Positions 45,979 through 58,250 of a DNA stretch of 63,413 bases are shown here, one piece after another. Source of the stretch: Pelomyxa schiedti (Eukaryota; Protista; Evosea); the NCBI GenBank assembly GCA_020536535.1, contig JAHLWZ010000192.1, positions 1 to 63,413 on the forward strand. Reading direction: 5' to 3'. The notes below the pieces were generated by a model. It made no database searches and was not told the DNA's origin. It saw nothing but the letters and a program-made list of their open reading frames with translations. The translations under genes and the position numbers were made by a program. Every line of letters starts with the position of its first letter. The stretch's first letter is position 1.

Positions 45979-47709
45979 ATGTTGCAAGGTCTCAAAGTAG
46001 TGGACTTCAGCCGGCTCCTCCCTGGCCCATTTTGTACCATGTTCGTGGTCGACTTGTTTCTGTGTACTTTGTTTTTTTTTTTTTTTCTTTTTTGTGTGTG
46101 TTTTTTTTTTTTGTTTTTATGTTGGATGTTAATTCAGTGCTCAATATCGTAAGGTTACTGGCGGACATGGGAGCTGATGTATTGAAAGTCGAAGAACCAG
46201 GTAAAGGTGACTATATACGGGACTGGGCGCCATTGCTGGGTGGAACAAGTGGATTTCATGTTGTCCTCAATAGAAACAAGCGTTCCATGACCGCCAATTT
46301 GAGTATGTGCCATTCCATCCTGATACAAAAATGACGTATATAAATCGCTGACGCGTACGAACAGAGAACCCTAGAATAAAGGATATTGTAAAGAGATTGA
46401 TGGTGGAGGCTGATGTCGTAGTCGAGGGCTTTAGACCAGGTATTCCCACTTTTGTATTCAAGGGTGCGGGATTGGGAACATATCCGTAACTGCCCTCGTT
46501 CTAGGTGTTATGCAGTCCCTTGGGTTAGACTACAACGCCATTTCAGCAGTGAACCCAAGAGTGGTTTACTGCTCTATTTCAACATACGGCAGCACTGGGC
46601 CAATGAAAAGTACAGTTGGTCACGACATAAACACGCTTGCTCTTACGGGGCTTCTTTCATTCAACGGGAGCAGGGGCGAGGAGCCTTCTGTTCCTGCTGT
46701 ACAGGTTTGGTTGAGATCTGAGAGAAATTTTCTCACATTGAAAGATTGCTGATTGTGCCAGTGGAATGATGGCAACAACTTGTATTCTTGCCGCTCTTTA
46801 TGCAAGGGATCGGACAAACCAAGTCCGTACAGTTTGTGTTGTATTAGTCTAACAGAGTGACAGGGCAAATTTGTTGACATCTCAATGGCCGATTGTGCAG
46901 CCATGTTTACCTGCTTAAGATGGGGGAAATTAATTGCGGATGGAGTAGAGCCAGTTCCAGCCGATGATATGCTCAATGGCGGCTTTGCTTGCTACAACTT
47001 ATGTAAGAGCCCACCCTTTGCACACTGAAATATGGTCAAACGCTGACAAATGGCAGACCAAACACGGGATAGACGCTGGATGAGTGTGGGGGCTCTAGAA
47101 CCACAATTTTGGAAGAAAGTATCTGACGCGCTGGGGCACCCAGAGTGGATGAACAGGTACTTTGAGCCTGGGCCACACCAAGTAAGTTGATTGCGTTGCC
47201 ATTGTACTGGATATAACTTGTGTTTGTCCGCACTGTGAACATCACCAAATTCACCACACTTTCACCACACTTTACAGGCTGAAATGATAAATGCAGTTGC
47301 AGCCGAATTCAAAAAGAAAGACATGAACGAATGGGCCGCAGTTTTTGCCCCTCTCAACTGTTGCGTTGCTCCTGTTCTCACGCTATCTGAGGCACAAAAA
47401 AGCGAACTTCTCAGGCAAAGAAACATGGTGGCCGAAACTATCCACACCACGTGCGTTCTCTTTTTCTTTTTTGACACTTTCAAATCAAAAGAAACCGAAA
47501 CAACAAAACCCCAAAACCAAAGGATCTTAACTCTCGTTCTCATAACCAGATACGGGGCATACAAACAACTGGGGGTGGCCATGGGGCCAGATTTGGAGCC
47601 AATGAGAATGCACGCGCCTACCCTTGGCCAACACACTGAGGAAGTGCTTCTCAATTGTGGGCTCAGGGCAGAGGAGATCCAAGCCCTAAAAGGCGAAGGG
47701 GCCCTATAA
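45979..47709 (+). CDS. Family III CoA-transferase fold enzyme (CaiB/BaiF; AMACR/MCR-like)
   Basis: [99 protein letters not shown]. Confidence 0.95.
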
Positions 47710-47873
47710 AATGCAAAATAACCGCAGAGAGCCGTCTGTTTTGTGTAATAACCTTGAGCGTTCCTTCGTCTTTTGATGAGCCGTAGGGTTCTTTGAGTTT
47801 GATGATTGGTCCCAAGTTGATTCCAATAACTGGGAATAAAAAAGAGAATTGCACCCGTATTGTGCGTCCGGTG

Positions 47874-49349
47874 ATGTTGAACCGTAACAAGGGCAGAGGG
47901 ATCAGTGCGTCGAGAAATGGTGCTAGGAGTAGCATTGGTGCGTAATACGAGCACACTGCTCGAGATCTCGGTCCGCCGCGCACCCTAACGGAGAGATCTA
48001 CTAGGTGGCCAGAACGTTGTTGGCGTTTCCGACGGCGAATGGGACAAAGAGTGCGCTGCGTGCCATTCATGTGTACGGCGGTTTTTTTTTCCCGTTTTAT
48101 CTTGTTGCTTATTTGTGGAATAGGAATTTGTAAATCGAAATATACAATTTATGGTCAGCAACGTGTGCAACCACGTATTGTAGGGATCCAAGTACAAAAA
48201 ACAACAATCAACAATGCTAGCAACAACCGAGATAAAGTTATTATAGGAACATAGTGTAACCTTCCCTGCACAGATGTATGGAATGCTGGCAAAGAAATAA
48301 AGGTATCACAAGATGCCCAAAATGTAATTTAGAATCAGTACATTATTCACAAATGGTTTGCAATGCTCGTGAGGAATACTCTTAATTGTTTTTTCCCCTT
48401 GTTAGGACCAAGCACAAGAGATTTCAAAAGAAAATGCCACGAGAAGAACTATGTCCAAGATGTGCGTAAAAATCTTTTCCAGCACAATAGGTTTTTTTTA
48501 AACAAAAGCAAAAAAACCCAGTTTTTGCAAAACCCGGGCAGAGTTTCCATCACTTCTTGAGTACAACAACTATCTCGAGGAATCTGAAGATATTAGTAAT
48601 TTGTAGTGCACTATTTGTACTGTCCAAGACACAATTAGTATATAACATGGTGCACGAGATTAATTTGGATGATGCCCGTGGGCGAGTGAATGCATATAAA
48701 GTATCAGTTGCGCAGTCTAATGTTAGTGCTGGTGCTAGTAGTAGCCAAAAGCCGTCAAGGGCGGTAAGTCTTCACTGCTTTTGTGGCAGCATCTCATACA
48801 TTATTACAGGTTGAAGTTCCAATGCAGTTGAATTCTCAGATCTCATCGGAGCTCCAAGAGGCATAGACACTTACTCAGCCAACACCACTAACTAGATTTT
48901 AGATGGAGGAAAGGAAAAGACAGTCAGGAGAAGAACCAGTGGTTTTCTCTTCCAACCCGGAGTTATGCACTGACTCACAATAGGCTCCCTCAAAAAGAGC
49001 ACCTGGTGCACTTCCATCCACCGGTGGTGACCAGAAGAAATACAGAGTCGATCCCTATCCCAGCACCCCAGCTGTACAAGCACCCCCGCGGCCCGCTAGC
49101 ACGCCAATGCCACGTATACAAAACATCGTCCCTTCATATGTGTCATCTACTCCCATGCCAACCATGGTTGTGATTGACCGCAGGAGAGAGCTCTCACAGG
49201 AAGAACAAATGTATCATAGACTCCTATTCTCGGGCTAACTGAAGTAACACAGGCAAATTCAAGAAAGAGCTGGAGGGTACACACCACAATATGCCCTGAA
49301 ACGGGACATTGAAGAAGCATTTCAAGCCCTGTGGCTTGTGGGTTGGTGA
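47874..49349 (+). CDS. MNAT1: CDK-activating kinase assembly factor MAT1 (TFIIH)
   Basis: RING start CAACHSCEFVNRNIQFMVSNVCNH; FCKTRAEFPSLLEYNNYLEESEDIVYNMVHEINLDDARGRVNAYK; C-terminal RAGGYTPQ...IEEAFQAL. Confidence 0.85.
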
Positions 49350-49430
49350 ACAGGATAACAACAAAAAGAAAAGAAAAACAGAAATAGGTTTTTTTGAAAA
49401 AAAACGGAAATTGGGTGGTGCTTGTTTTTT

Positions 49431-50389
49431 TTAACTATGAATTATACCAGCAGAATCCAGGGCAGCAAAGACAGCCACTACTTTCTCTTTATCAAACACC
49501 CTTTGACTAAATTCATCCCCAACATTCTGTCCAAGCACAGCATTGCTGGTACTGACACTGAGGCCTCGTGAAGTTGCAGCTTCTTCAATGGATTTTGAGC
49601 AAGGTCCACGAACCCACTTGCAGGCAGACAGGTGCACCGAATGTACGCCGCTGGATGCAACTGCAACCACGTTGGAGGAATTGATCCCGCCACAGGCCAT
49701 GATTTCGATTCTGCCCCTGGATTGCTGGACCAGGTGGGCCAGCTGTGCCACACCAGAGGAAGCGTTTTTGGCAGAGCCGGTTGTGAGGATCCTGTCAAAT
49801 CCAAGAGAAACCAGATCCTCCAGAGCCTGGTCCTGGTCCACAACGAAGTCTGAGTGTTTGTGTGTGGTGGTTTTCAAAGGTGTTGTGGGGGAATGAAAAG
49901 AACAAAAGGCAAATCCAGGGCGAGAGAAGACTCACCAAAAGCGCGGTGGAACGTGACGCTCGCAGTCTGCCTCGGGCGACGCCGCCGCGCCTCCGCGACC
50001 AACTTGGCGCAGGCGTCGGCGTCGACGCGGCCGTCGGGGGTGAGCGCGCCCACGACCACGCCGTCGGCGCCGGCGTCGAGGCACCGCGCGGCGTCGTCGG
50101 CCATCTCGTCGACCTCGGCGGCGTCGTAGCAGAAGTCGCCGGTCCGCGGCCGCAGCAGCACGTGGACCGCGGGGGTTGCGCCGCGCCGGGGGTTATGGGA
50201 CTGCGCGCAGTGGCGGACGACGCGGGAGACCAGGGACAGGGAGGGGGTGGAGCCGCCGGTGAGGGCCACGTCGCCGCCGCTCAGCTCCACGCGGTCGATG
50301 CCCCCGAGCTGGCACGCGGCCGTGGCGGCGCCTCCGTTGTCCACGCACACTTCCACCCCAAGACCCGCACGGTGTGCATGCAAAAGCAT
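49431..50389 (-). CDS. CUTC: CutC family protein
   Basis: EVCVD, GIDRVEL, GGSTPS, VHVLLRPRTGDFCY, GADGVVVGALTPDGRVD, VTFHRAFD, GFDRILTTG, IMACGGI, VHLS. The start codon is uncertain. Confidence 0.95.
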
Positions 50390-50507
50390 TTGGCACAATA
50401 AGATAAACACCTACGTACAGTTACAGTCCCGCCTTTGCGCACTGTAACAAAGCAAGAAGTCCGGGAAAAGAGAAAAATTTTCATTTCGGGTATTGCATTT
50501 GCCTTTC

Positions 50508-50942
50508 CATGTTGTTGAAGATGATTTACTTATAAACTGAGGCTGAAATCGGGCAGAGGCAGAAGAAGAGTACTCTCGTGGCGGCTGTGGGTTCTTGCCT
50601 ATTAACTCGTGGTTAGCACAAACTGCATAAAGTGAGAGAAAATGCATATCTTGGATTCGCGAGGTCCACTGCTTGAAATCGAAATCCCGCGATCTCGAGG
50701 AGAGTACTCTGGTTGGTTGGTGACTTGGGGGTTGTTGTTGGGGTTGGGGTTGAAGTTGAAGATGATTTACTTATAAACTGAACATGTTGTTGAAGATGAT
50801 TTACTTATAATGATTTACTTATAAACTGAACATGTTGTTGAAGATGATTTACTTATAAACTGAGGCTGAGGCTGAAATCGGGCAGAGGCAGAAGAAGAGT
50901 ACTCTCGTGGCGGCTGTGGGTTCTTGCCTATTAACTCGTGGT
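50508..50942. repeat. Nested direct repeats upstream of CutC
   Basis: A ~105-bp block at 50508-50613 recurs at 50831-50942. The core atgatttacttataa occurs five times. The palindrome AGAGTACTCT occurs three times. Confidence 0.9.
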
Positions 50943-51674
50943 AAAAACGAAAAGAAAAACAGGGTTGCTGTGTAACGTTTGTGGCGATGATACAACAAAA
51001 AACCGTCCTTGCGTTTTAGTAGATCTCATTTATCTGCTAATTTTTTTTCTGTTATCACTTTTTAGGGTTTTGTAATTGGGAAGATCCCAGAGATCCCAGA
51101 TCCCAGAGATCCTGGTCGGAATAACCTTCCTGACGTCGCTCTATCGTTTAGTGGGCTGACACCAATTCCTTAGGAGGGTTTAGGTGGTACAACTCTCGTA
51201 GTGGTACGACGGTTTTTTTTATTTTGTGGTATTGGCCTGACGATTCAAGTTCAGCAGAGGGTGTTGGGTTTGAAAGCCAGTTTCTCTGAAATCTGTCCGT
51301 TTTTGGTTGTTGAAACCTTTTTGGGGTTTTCTCCCTTAGAAAAGAACGAATCTGTCCCTCTACAGGCTCCCAGCGCCCCACACTTCCAGGACCCTGCAGA
51401 GGATGTTACCGCAGCTGTGGCAGTCCTCTGAATGTTCGCACATCCACTTGGCCAAGACCCCTGAATTAACGGGAAAACAATCAGTTGCCCGAACAAGAAA
51501 AAAAAAACACATCCCGATGACGAGGTGGCCCGGTGTCGTGACCAAAACAAACAACACACAGACGGGGGCCGGTGGCGGAAAGCGTACGGATCACATATGA
51601 AGACATACAGAGCAAACTCACGCCTACAGCAGGTTGTCGTCTGCTTTTTATAAAAAAACTCTATATTATTCGCG

Positions 51675-51679
51675 TTTTG

Positions 51680-51737
<58 letters not shown>

Positions 51738-51883
51738 GTTTTGTTTTGTTTTGTTTTGTTTTGTTTTGTTTTGTTTTGTTTTGTTTTGTTTTGTTTTGTT
51801 TTGTTTCGTTTCGTTTCGTTTCGTTTCGTTTCGTTTCGTTTTGTTTTGTTTCGTTTTGTTTCGTGTTGTTTCGTTTTGTTTGT
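51675..51883. repeat. (TTTTG)n/(TTTCG)n pentanucleotide microsatellite near a scaffold gap
   Basis: About 40 pentamer units visible directly. Confidence 0.95.
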
Positions 51884-52077
51884 CTTGTATCGTTCTTCCT
51901 TAGTCTTGTGTTAAACTTACTGTTGTGTTCCATTTCCTCACGGCAACATAGGGCTGATTCCCTGCGGCACTCAGTCANNNNNNNNNNNNNNNNNNNNNNN
52001 NNNNNNNNNNNNNNNNNNNNNNNNNNNNNNNNNNNNNNNNNNNNNNNNNNNNNNNNNNNNNNNNNNNNNNNNNNNNN

Positions 52078-52348
52078 ATGTATAGAAAGAAAAAGAAAAA
52101 AGGAAAAGGAAGAAACAAACATAAAAACAGTTACCCTGCGTAATTGCAGACCTCTCAGTCTTCGCAATGGACAAGAATTCCATGTACTTTGTGGCAACCG
52201 ACTTTGCCTGCGCCCTGTCCACAGAATTCCACGCGGACCTCATGTCCCGCGTAAGTGTCTTCTCCATCGCGCCCAAACCACTCGCTACGGGCTTCGTGGT
52301 CGCGGACGACTCTCCAACCGCCACCGCCGGGGGTGTAGCACCACTCAT
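52078..52348 (-). CDS. Second copy of the M18 aminopeptidase: 5' exon in the uninverted configuration, truncated by a gap
   Basis: Reads MSGATPPAVAVGESSATTKPVASGLGAMEKTLTRDMRSAWNSVDRAQAKSVATKYMEFLSIAKTERSAITQ continuously. 52078-52282 matches 713-917, and 52280-52470 matches the reverse complement of 118-307. Confidence 0.9.
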
Positions 52349-52624
52349 TGAATCTAATCGACGAAAAGGTGAACAGTCAGACACAACAACAACCACCAGC
52401 ACACACAAGTCGATCACCGATTCTTCTCACCCAGTGGAGAAAATCATAAGGAGAAACCAAGACCCAGTGTTGGTCGGGAAGAAGAACTGCATTTTTGGAC
52501 TTGAACCATTCGGAGAAAACCTCATCATCATCAGTTCCCAGCTTGAACGGGTTTCTGAGATGAAAGTTTTCTTTCTAAACGTTGAAAACTTCAAGTTCTT
52601 GCTTTTGCAAAACAACAAGAAAGC

Positions 52625-54000
52625 ATGGCGTGCAGCCGGGTGAGAGATGTAACGGTAGTTGCGGGGCTGGTGTTGGTGGCCGCTGTGTCCTTGTCGCTGT
52701 GCGACAACGATGTGTTTGTTGTCACGCGAGATCTGGTTTCCGCAGTCAACAACGACCCCCGCGCCACATGGCGTGCGTCACTCGACACCCCAACGTCTCG
52801 CCTCACACGTGGCGAGGCCAGAAAACGGCTCGGCGGTGTGGATCTTACTAACGCGGCGAGCGCCAGCGAGCAAGGATTGAATGCCGCTGTGGACCTGCCA
52901 GAGTCGTTTGATGCACGGCAAGCGTGGCCCCAGTGCGAGACAATAAGACAAATCAGGGATCAGAGTGATTGTGGGAGCTGGTATATAGTCCCTTCTTTTC
53001 CTGCACTTTAACGGGCAATCATTCATCCCAACCAACATGAAAATTTCTTTTTTTTCAGCTGGGCTTTTGGCTCCACAGAAGTGTTCTCTGATCGAGAATG
53101 CATTTGGGGTGGAAAAACTGTACTGTTTCCTCTTTTGATATTGCATATCTGTTATGATAACATCTCACAGAACCTGCCCCTATCAGTAACTGATGTTCTA
53201 TCCTGCAGCGATTGCGGGACATGTGAGGGTGGCTCTCCTTGGTGCGCATTCGAATACTGGGCAACCCCTGGTGTTATTAGTGAGGCCTGTGTGCCTTACC
53301 CTCTTCCAGGTGAATTCCTTCTTTTTTTTTTTTTTTTGTTTGCCAACACGAGCTGACTTAGAATTGTAGGGTGTGACCACCACGTCAATGACTCTTCAAA
53401 TCTGTGCCCTACAGATTATATGTATGATACTCCAGAATGTAGCACCAACTGTACCGTTGAGGGTGAACAGTGGATAAAATACCAAGCAGATTCTAAAAGT
53501 CTTGTAAATGTAAAAGGGGAACAAGGTATTACGTGTGCAACCATTATTCTACACTAACGCATATCGAAGCAATTATGACCGAAATTTATAACAATGGCCC
53601 CTGCACTGGAGGTATCAAGAATTGTGCTTTCTTAACACTTATGTTTTTGCAGACCTCTCAGTTTACGATGACTTCCTTGCCTACACTGGTGGTGTATATC
53701 AACATCTGTATGGGGAATATGATGGGGAACACATTATAAAATTTGTTGGCTGGGGCGTTGAAAACGACGTCAAGTAATGGCTTCTCAATTGTTCACGTAC
53801 TCATTTTTAACAAACTAAACAGATACTGGATTGTGGCCAACTCGTGGAATAGGTAAATGACTCCAATCCTTTTCGAATCTAATCCGTCTAATCCTTGTAA
53901 TGTAGTAATTGGGGAGAGGAAGGGTTTTTCCGAATTCTTCGTGGAACAAATGAATGTGGTATTGACAACTTTTGCTATGGTGCTAAACCACTCTGAGTAA
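52625..54000 (+). CDS. CTSB: Cathepsin B-like cysteine protease
   Basis: Signal peptide; [27 protein letters not shown] (catalytic Cys), CEGG, occluding loop [17 protein letters not shown] (His), YWIVANSWN (Asn), [14 protein letters not shown]. Confidence 0.96.
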
Positions 54001-54178
54001 CATCCCGTTTGTGAACAATTGATTATTATAAAGAAAACGAACATGTCTTCTTTAACACTCACACAAACGGAGGTTAAGGGAGTAATGCCAAATAAGTGGC
54101 TGGGAAATTTTTTTTTCCCCCCATAGAGTTTGGTTTGTATACAAAAAACAATAAAGGAAAACTTCCATCAGCGTGATG

Positions 54179-56005
54179 TTAGCAGGATGGAGGAGGTGGT
54201 GTTGGCTCCAATACCTTGTCCAGACTTGTTACTACATCTGCAATCTCCTTTGTTCAGTGGTCAGTGTGTTTGTTTTGTGTTACAACGAAACTGCAACCTT
54301 CAAGGATTTTGCATTTTTCGCTAGTTCCATAAGATGAGTCCCAGCAGTAACCAACACAGAGTTTAGATTCTCAGCAACAGCCCTATGGAATCAAGCAATT
54401 AATTATAATAATCATAAAAGTAGTGACTGGGGTGGATACCTTCCCCTCTCGCGGGCGGCCTGCAGTTGTTGTGTTTGTTGTTCCATGTGAGCACATACAG
54501 CTTCCCAGTTTGACCACGACTGGTACTTGGCGAGTTCCGCTTTGCATTTCGCAACTTCAGTTTCTAGGGTTTCAACTGTTTGTTCCGCCTTTGTTAGATT
54601 AGGTGTCAAATATCGAAATGGGAGTAGACTTTTTGTGCACGAATTGCAGTCTGCTTCAAGTTCTCTTCAACTTGTTGCATAACCTTCTCCATTGCCTAAG
54701 TTTTATAAGGGTGGAAGTTATAGAAATGCCCAGCCCTTGTGCGAGAGTACTTTGGTTTCTGTGGCTTCTTTTTGGACTCGATCAGCCAATTTTTGTTCAG
54801 AGACAGAAAGACGCTTTTGGTTTTCTGCCAGTAATTCCTCTAGTTGAGCTTCTCTCTAGTAAAGAGTGAGAGGCATGAAAAAGGAAAGGGAAAAAGGAAA
54901 AACCTTGCCTCTTTTCTCTTTCGGAGTTGTTGATTGGCTTGCACTTTAATCTCAGCGTTTTCTGCCTGTGCTTTAGCAAGCTGCTCTTTGTAATAGTTGA
55001 CCCTTTCATTCAACTCGGCAATCTGCTCCGAGTCACGTGACGAGCTCTGTTTAATACTAAGAAGTGGAGGAAAAGCTTGCAGAGACTCAAACCTTTGTGC
55101 TAGTAGTTTTTGCCCCTAAAAATCCCCCATTCATTGGCTGGCAGTCCTCTAAATCGTCATCGTCATCGTCGTCATCCTCCTCATCACTGAAAAGGCTTTG
55201 GGGTTGGGGCACTGAAGTTGTTCGAGAGGTACTTGATGGAGGGTTTGGTGTGGTTGGAGTGCTCATTGGGGGTGGTGTAACACTAGGAAGGGAGGAAAAA
55301 TAAGAATCATCACTTTCCTCACTATCAGTAGCGCCATAAGAAAACAAAAAAAAGAAAAACAAAAAAAAAAAGAAAAAAAAAAAAAAAAAAAGAGGAGAGG
55401 AATGACAGGATGGACTTACTTTAGGAACAGTGGCTGGTTTGCAGGTACTCTTTTCTGTGCAGGAGGTGGAGGAGGAGGAAATGACGATGAAGGAGGGGGT
55501 TGTGGAGGTGGTGGCTGTGGTGGTGATGTTACCTGCGCGTGTACAGGAGGTGGTACTGCCGCTGCCTTGACAGTGGCTGATCGCCTTGCTGCTGACTTTG
55601 CAGGGCCGCTGGGTACTTGTGCAGTTTCAGAGCCGGCTCCAGCCCCTCCAAAGAAAGAAAAAGGGTTATCATCCTAATAAGAACAAAGAAGGGCAAATGC
55701 AGAAAAGCTCAAGTTAGCTTCTGTTCACACACGAACACAAGGACACTTGAAAGTTGAGAAATTTTGTTTGGGCAGTGCTATACTCCAAAACACAAATGAC
55801 AAGTTTAAAGTGACATAACTTGTACCACCCACCATACCTTCACGCGTTTCGATTTCGATGTAGTTTGGGTCGTAGTAGACGATGTGCTCGCCGACGAAGA
55901 AGGAGTGGACAGTGATGGATTGAGGCTCCCGTCCAACGACGAATCCTGCAGGAAGGGGAACAGGTCCTCCTGTCTCTTTCCTTTCTTCCGTGTGTTGCTG
56001 GCCAT
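54179..56005 (-). CDS. Hypothetical protein with a P/S/D-rich N-terminus and coiled-coil C-terminus
   Basis: MASNTRKKGKRQEDLFPFLQD start; same-strand exons with GT-AG introns; heptad segments such as AEQTVETLETEVAKCKAELAKY. Confidence 0.6.
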
Positions 56006-56280
56006 ATTTCCAAGCGTCCTTGTGTGGCCGCTCTTTTCAGAACGAGATTGTTTCTCGTTTTGATGGGACGAAACCCCAGGAAGCGAGGAATAAGCAAAAA
56101 AAAAAATCAAAAAGCTGGCAGGGGTTTTGAAACTGAAGCAGCCACTTTGGTGCTGCCGAACACGGTTTGGGGGACCTCATTGATCATCTGGAATTGGGAG
56201 GCACCCCAAGAATCGTTCAAGATCCGGAAATTGGGCTTCATTTCATTTCAGAAACTAATTTCTGCTCAAGCACACGCGAG

Positions 56281-58014
56281 ATGAGTTCGCACGGCGGGAG
56301 AGTGGCACAGCAGCGCGCGGCGTCTGGCGACGAGGCTCCGGGACCTCAAGAGATCGAGATCGGCGAGATCATTTCCGTCGCGCCACCGACGAACGTTGCC
56401 AGGCTGACATGCGTCACTTGCCGCGTTTTTTTCACCAACATCGCTGAGCACAGATCGCATTTTAGTTCTTCGGATTGGCACAGGTTCGTTCGTTGCACGA
56501 TGACCATTTTTCTGTTCCTCCTGGTGCATTTTGTTGTATCAATCAATATATATCTTCGTGTCTTCCTCCTCGTTGAGTTGTAGACCTTATAACTTACATG
56601 AGTGGCATTTGTGCGTAGATACAACTTGAAAAGAAAAGCTGAGGCTCTACCGCCTGTTCCCGAAGCCGAGTTTAATGAAAAAATGAATGGTGTGCTAGCC
56701 CGTCATCCTTAAGTTGTCTCATGTATTCAGTGATGCAAGCTCATGTTGCCCACGTTGAAAAAGCTCACACAGTTTACACGTGCCACGTGTGTGGGTATTT
56801 TACGTGTATTGGTTTTCTCCATTTATTCCCGTCATATAGGAAAACATTCCGGCAGCCTTCTCGGTTGGATTCACATATGGAGGCCACTGGTCATATGCCG
56901 GAGGAAGACCTTGATGCTACAGACGAAACGGAAGAAAACGAGGAAGCCGAGGATACCGAAGAAACCGAAAGTAGTAACACCGCTACAACTGAAATCCCTG
57001 ATGAAACTGAACGTGTATGAAAAGTTTCTCTGGTTCCTACCATGTTGATTCTTTCACAAGATTTTCACGGACAGAGAATTGCAAAACAGAATACCTCCCC
57101 GTCAATGCCTATTTTGCAACAATTTATCTACCTCTATCGACAGGTAATGACATCGGCCACCTTGTCTTCTAACGCTCCTAGAAATTTGGAGCACATGATG
57201 CGAGCCCACAATTTCTTCATCCCATTCCTTGAATATGTTGTTGACTTAACAGGGTTACTTGTGTGAATAATATGTGCCTTTAAAGCGCTTACTGTGCAAC
57301 AGGACTACCTTGGTATAAAAATTGGAGTAGCACACTGCTGCATTACATGCCCAGCGAGAAAGGAAGCCTTTTCATCAGTACGAGGTGTTCAGTCTCATAT
57401 GGTGAGCCCACCCCCAATTAATCAGAGTCTTTCTCACCAGAAATACGTTTGTTTTTATAAACTATCACAGCTTTCATTGTGCCATTGCAGATTTGAGTAT
57501 GAAGGAAATGAAGACGAATACTCAAGTTTCTATGACTTTACCAAGTCATATGAAGGTATACCAGGAGGAGATGAAGACATGCCGGAAAGGTTGATAACTG
57601 CTGCAAAATAAATGGCTGATCTCCCCATAGTGCCGCCTTCATTGGCCCTACAGGCTACGAACTGCTGTTCACAGATGGAAAGGTTGCTGGCCATAGAGCC
57701 TTAGCCTTATATTACAGACAAAATGCACAGTACTCCACGGAAAGCAAAAATCAACTCTAAAGCTTTACATAGGCCACCAGCCCCCGACAGTGTAGTGGTT
57801 AGCAGACAAGAAGTAGAAGCCAGGATGAGCCGGAAACCGCGGAAAAACAAGAAGGTTGCCAAGCGTCTTACACAGGCCGCACAGTCACATCACGAACTGC
57901 ACGAAAAGGTAACGCATCCCCATTTGTTAGCAATACCCCTTCCCCACCACACATCAGAATGCAAGGCTTGGAGTACAACAGAACAAACTCCTTATTCTTG
58001 GTGCCCGCAGATAG
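56281..58014 (+). CDS. ZNF622: Pre-60S maturation factor REI1/ZNF622
   Basis: CVTCRVFF...HRSHF..DWHRYNLKRK..LPPV, CLFC, NLEHMMRAHNFFIPFLEYVVDLTGL, VQSHM..HCRFEY, FYDFTKSY, GHRALALYYRQ. Confidence 0.93.
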
Positions 58015-58250
58015 CACCACTGACAGCCCAAGCCGGAACGTTTTAATTCCAATTTAAAAAATCCAGCACTATTGCCTTTGTGCATTCTTCAAAACCCGTG
58101 AAGAACACACAAATAAACATCACAAATCTACAGTTCTCCGAAGACGTTCGGCGTACCGAAAAAGAAAGGGAAGAACAAAAAAAAAAAACCAAGAAAAAGC
58201 GGGTACCCGAAAAGAACCGAAGTCGCGCCGCGGGGGAACCAGCCAACGCA

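Noticed and set aside
50508-50942. CRISPR-like array
   Set aside because: No regular unique spacers, no cas genes, and a eukaryotic context.
51120-51660. Possible gene or TE fragment between the CutC upstream repeats and the microsatellite
   Set aside because: Stops occur in all frames and there is no recognisable motif, so a call cannot be supported.
51572-52351. ORFs rich in FCFVL/TKQNK
   Set aside because: They are translations of the pentamer microsatellite and run through an N gap.
54179-56005. Kinetochore Dsn1/Mis13-like identity for the coiled-coil protein
   Set aside because: The resemblance is only in general layout, with no diagnostic motif.
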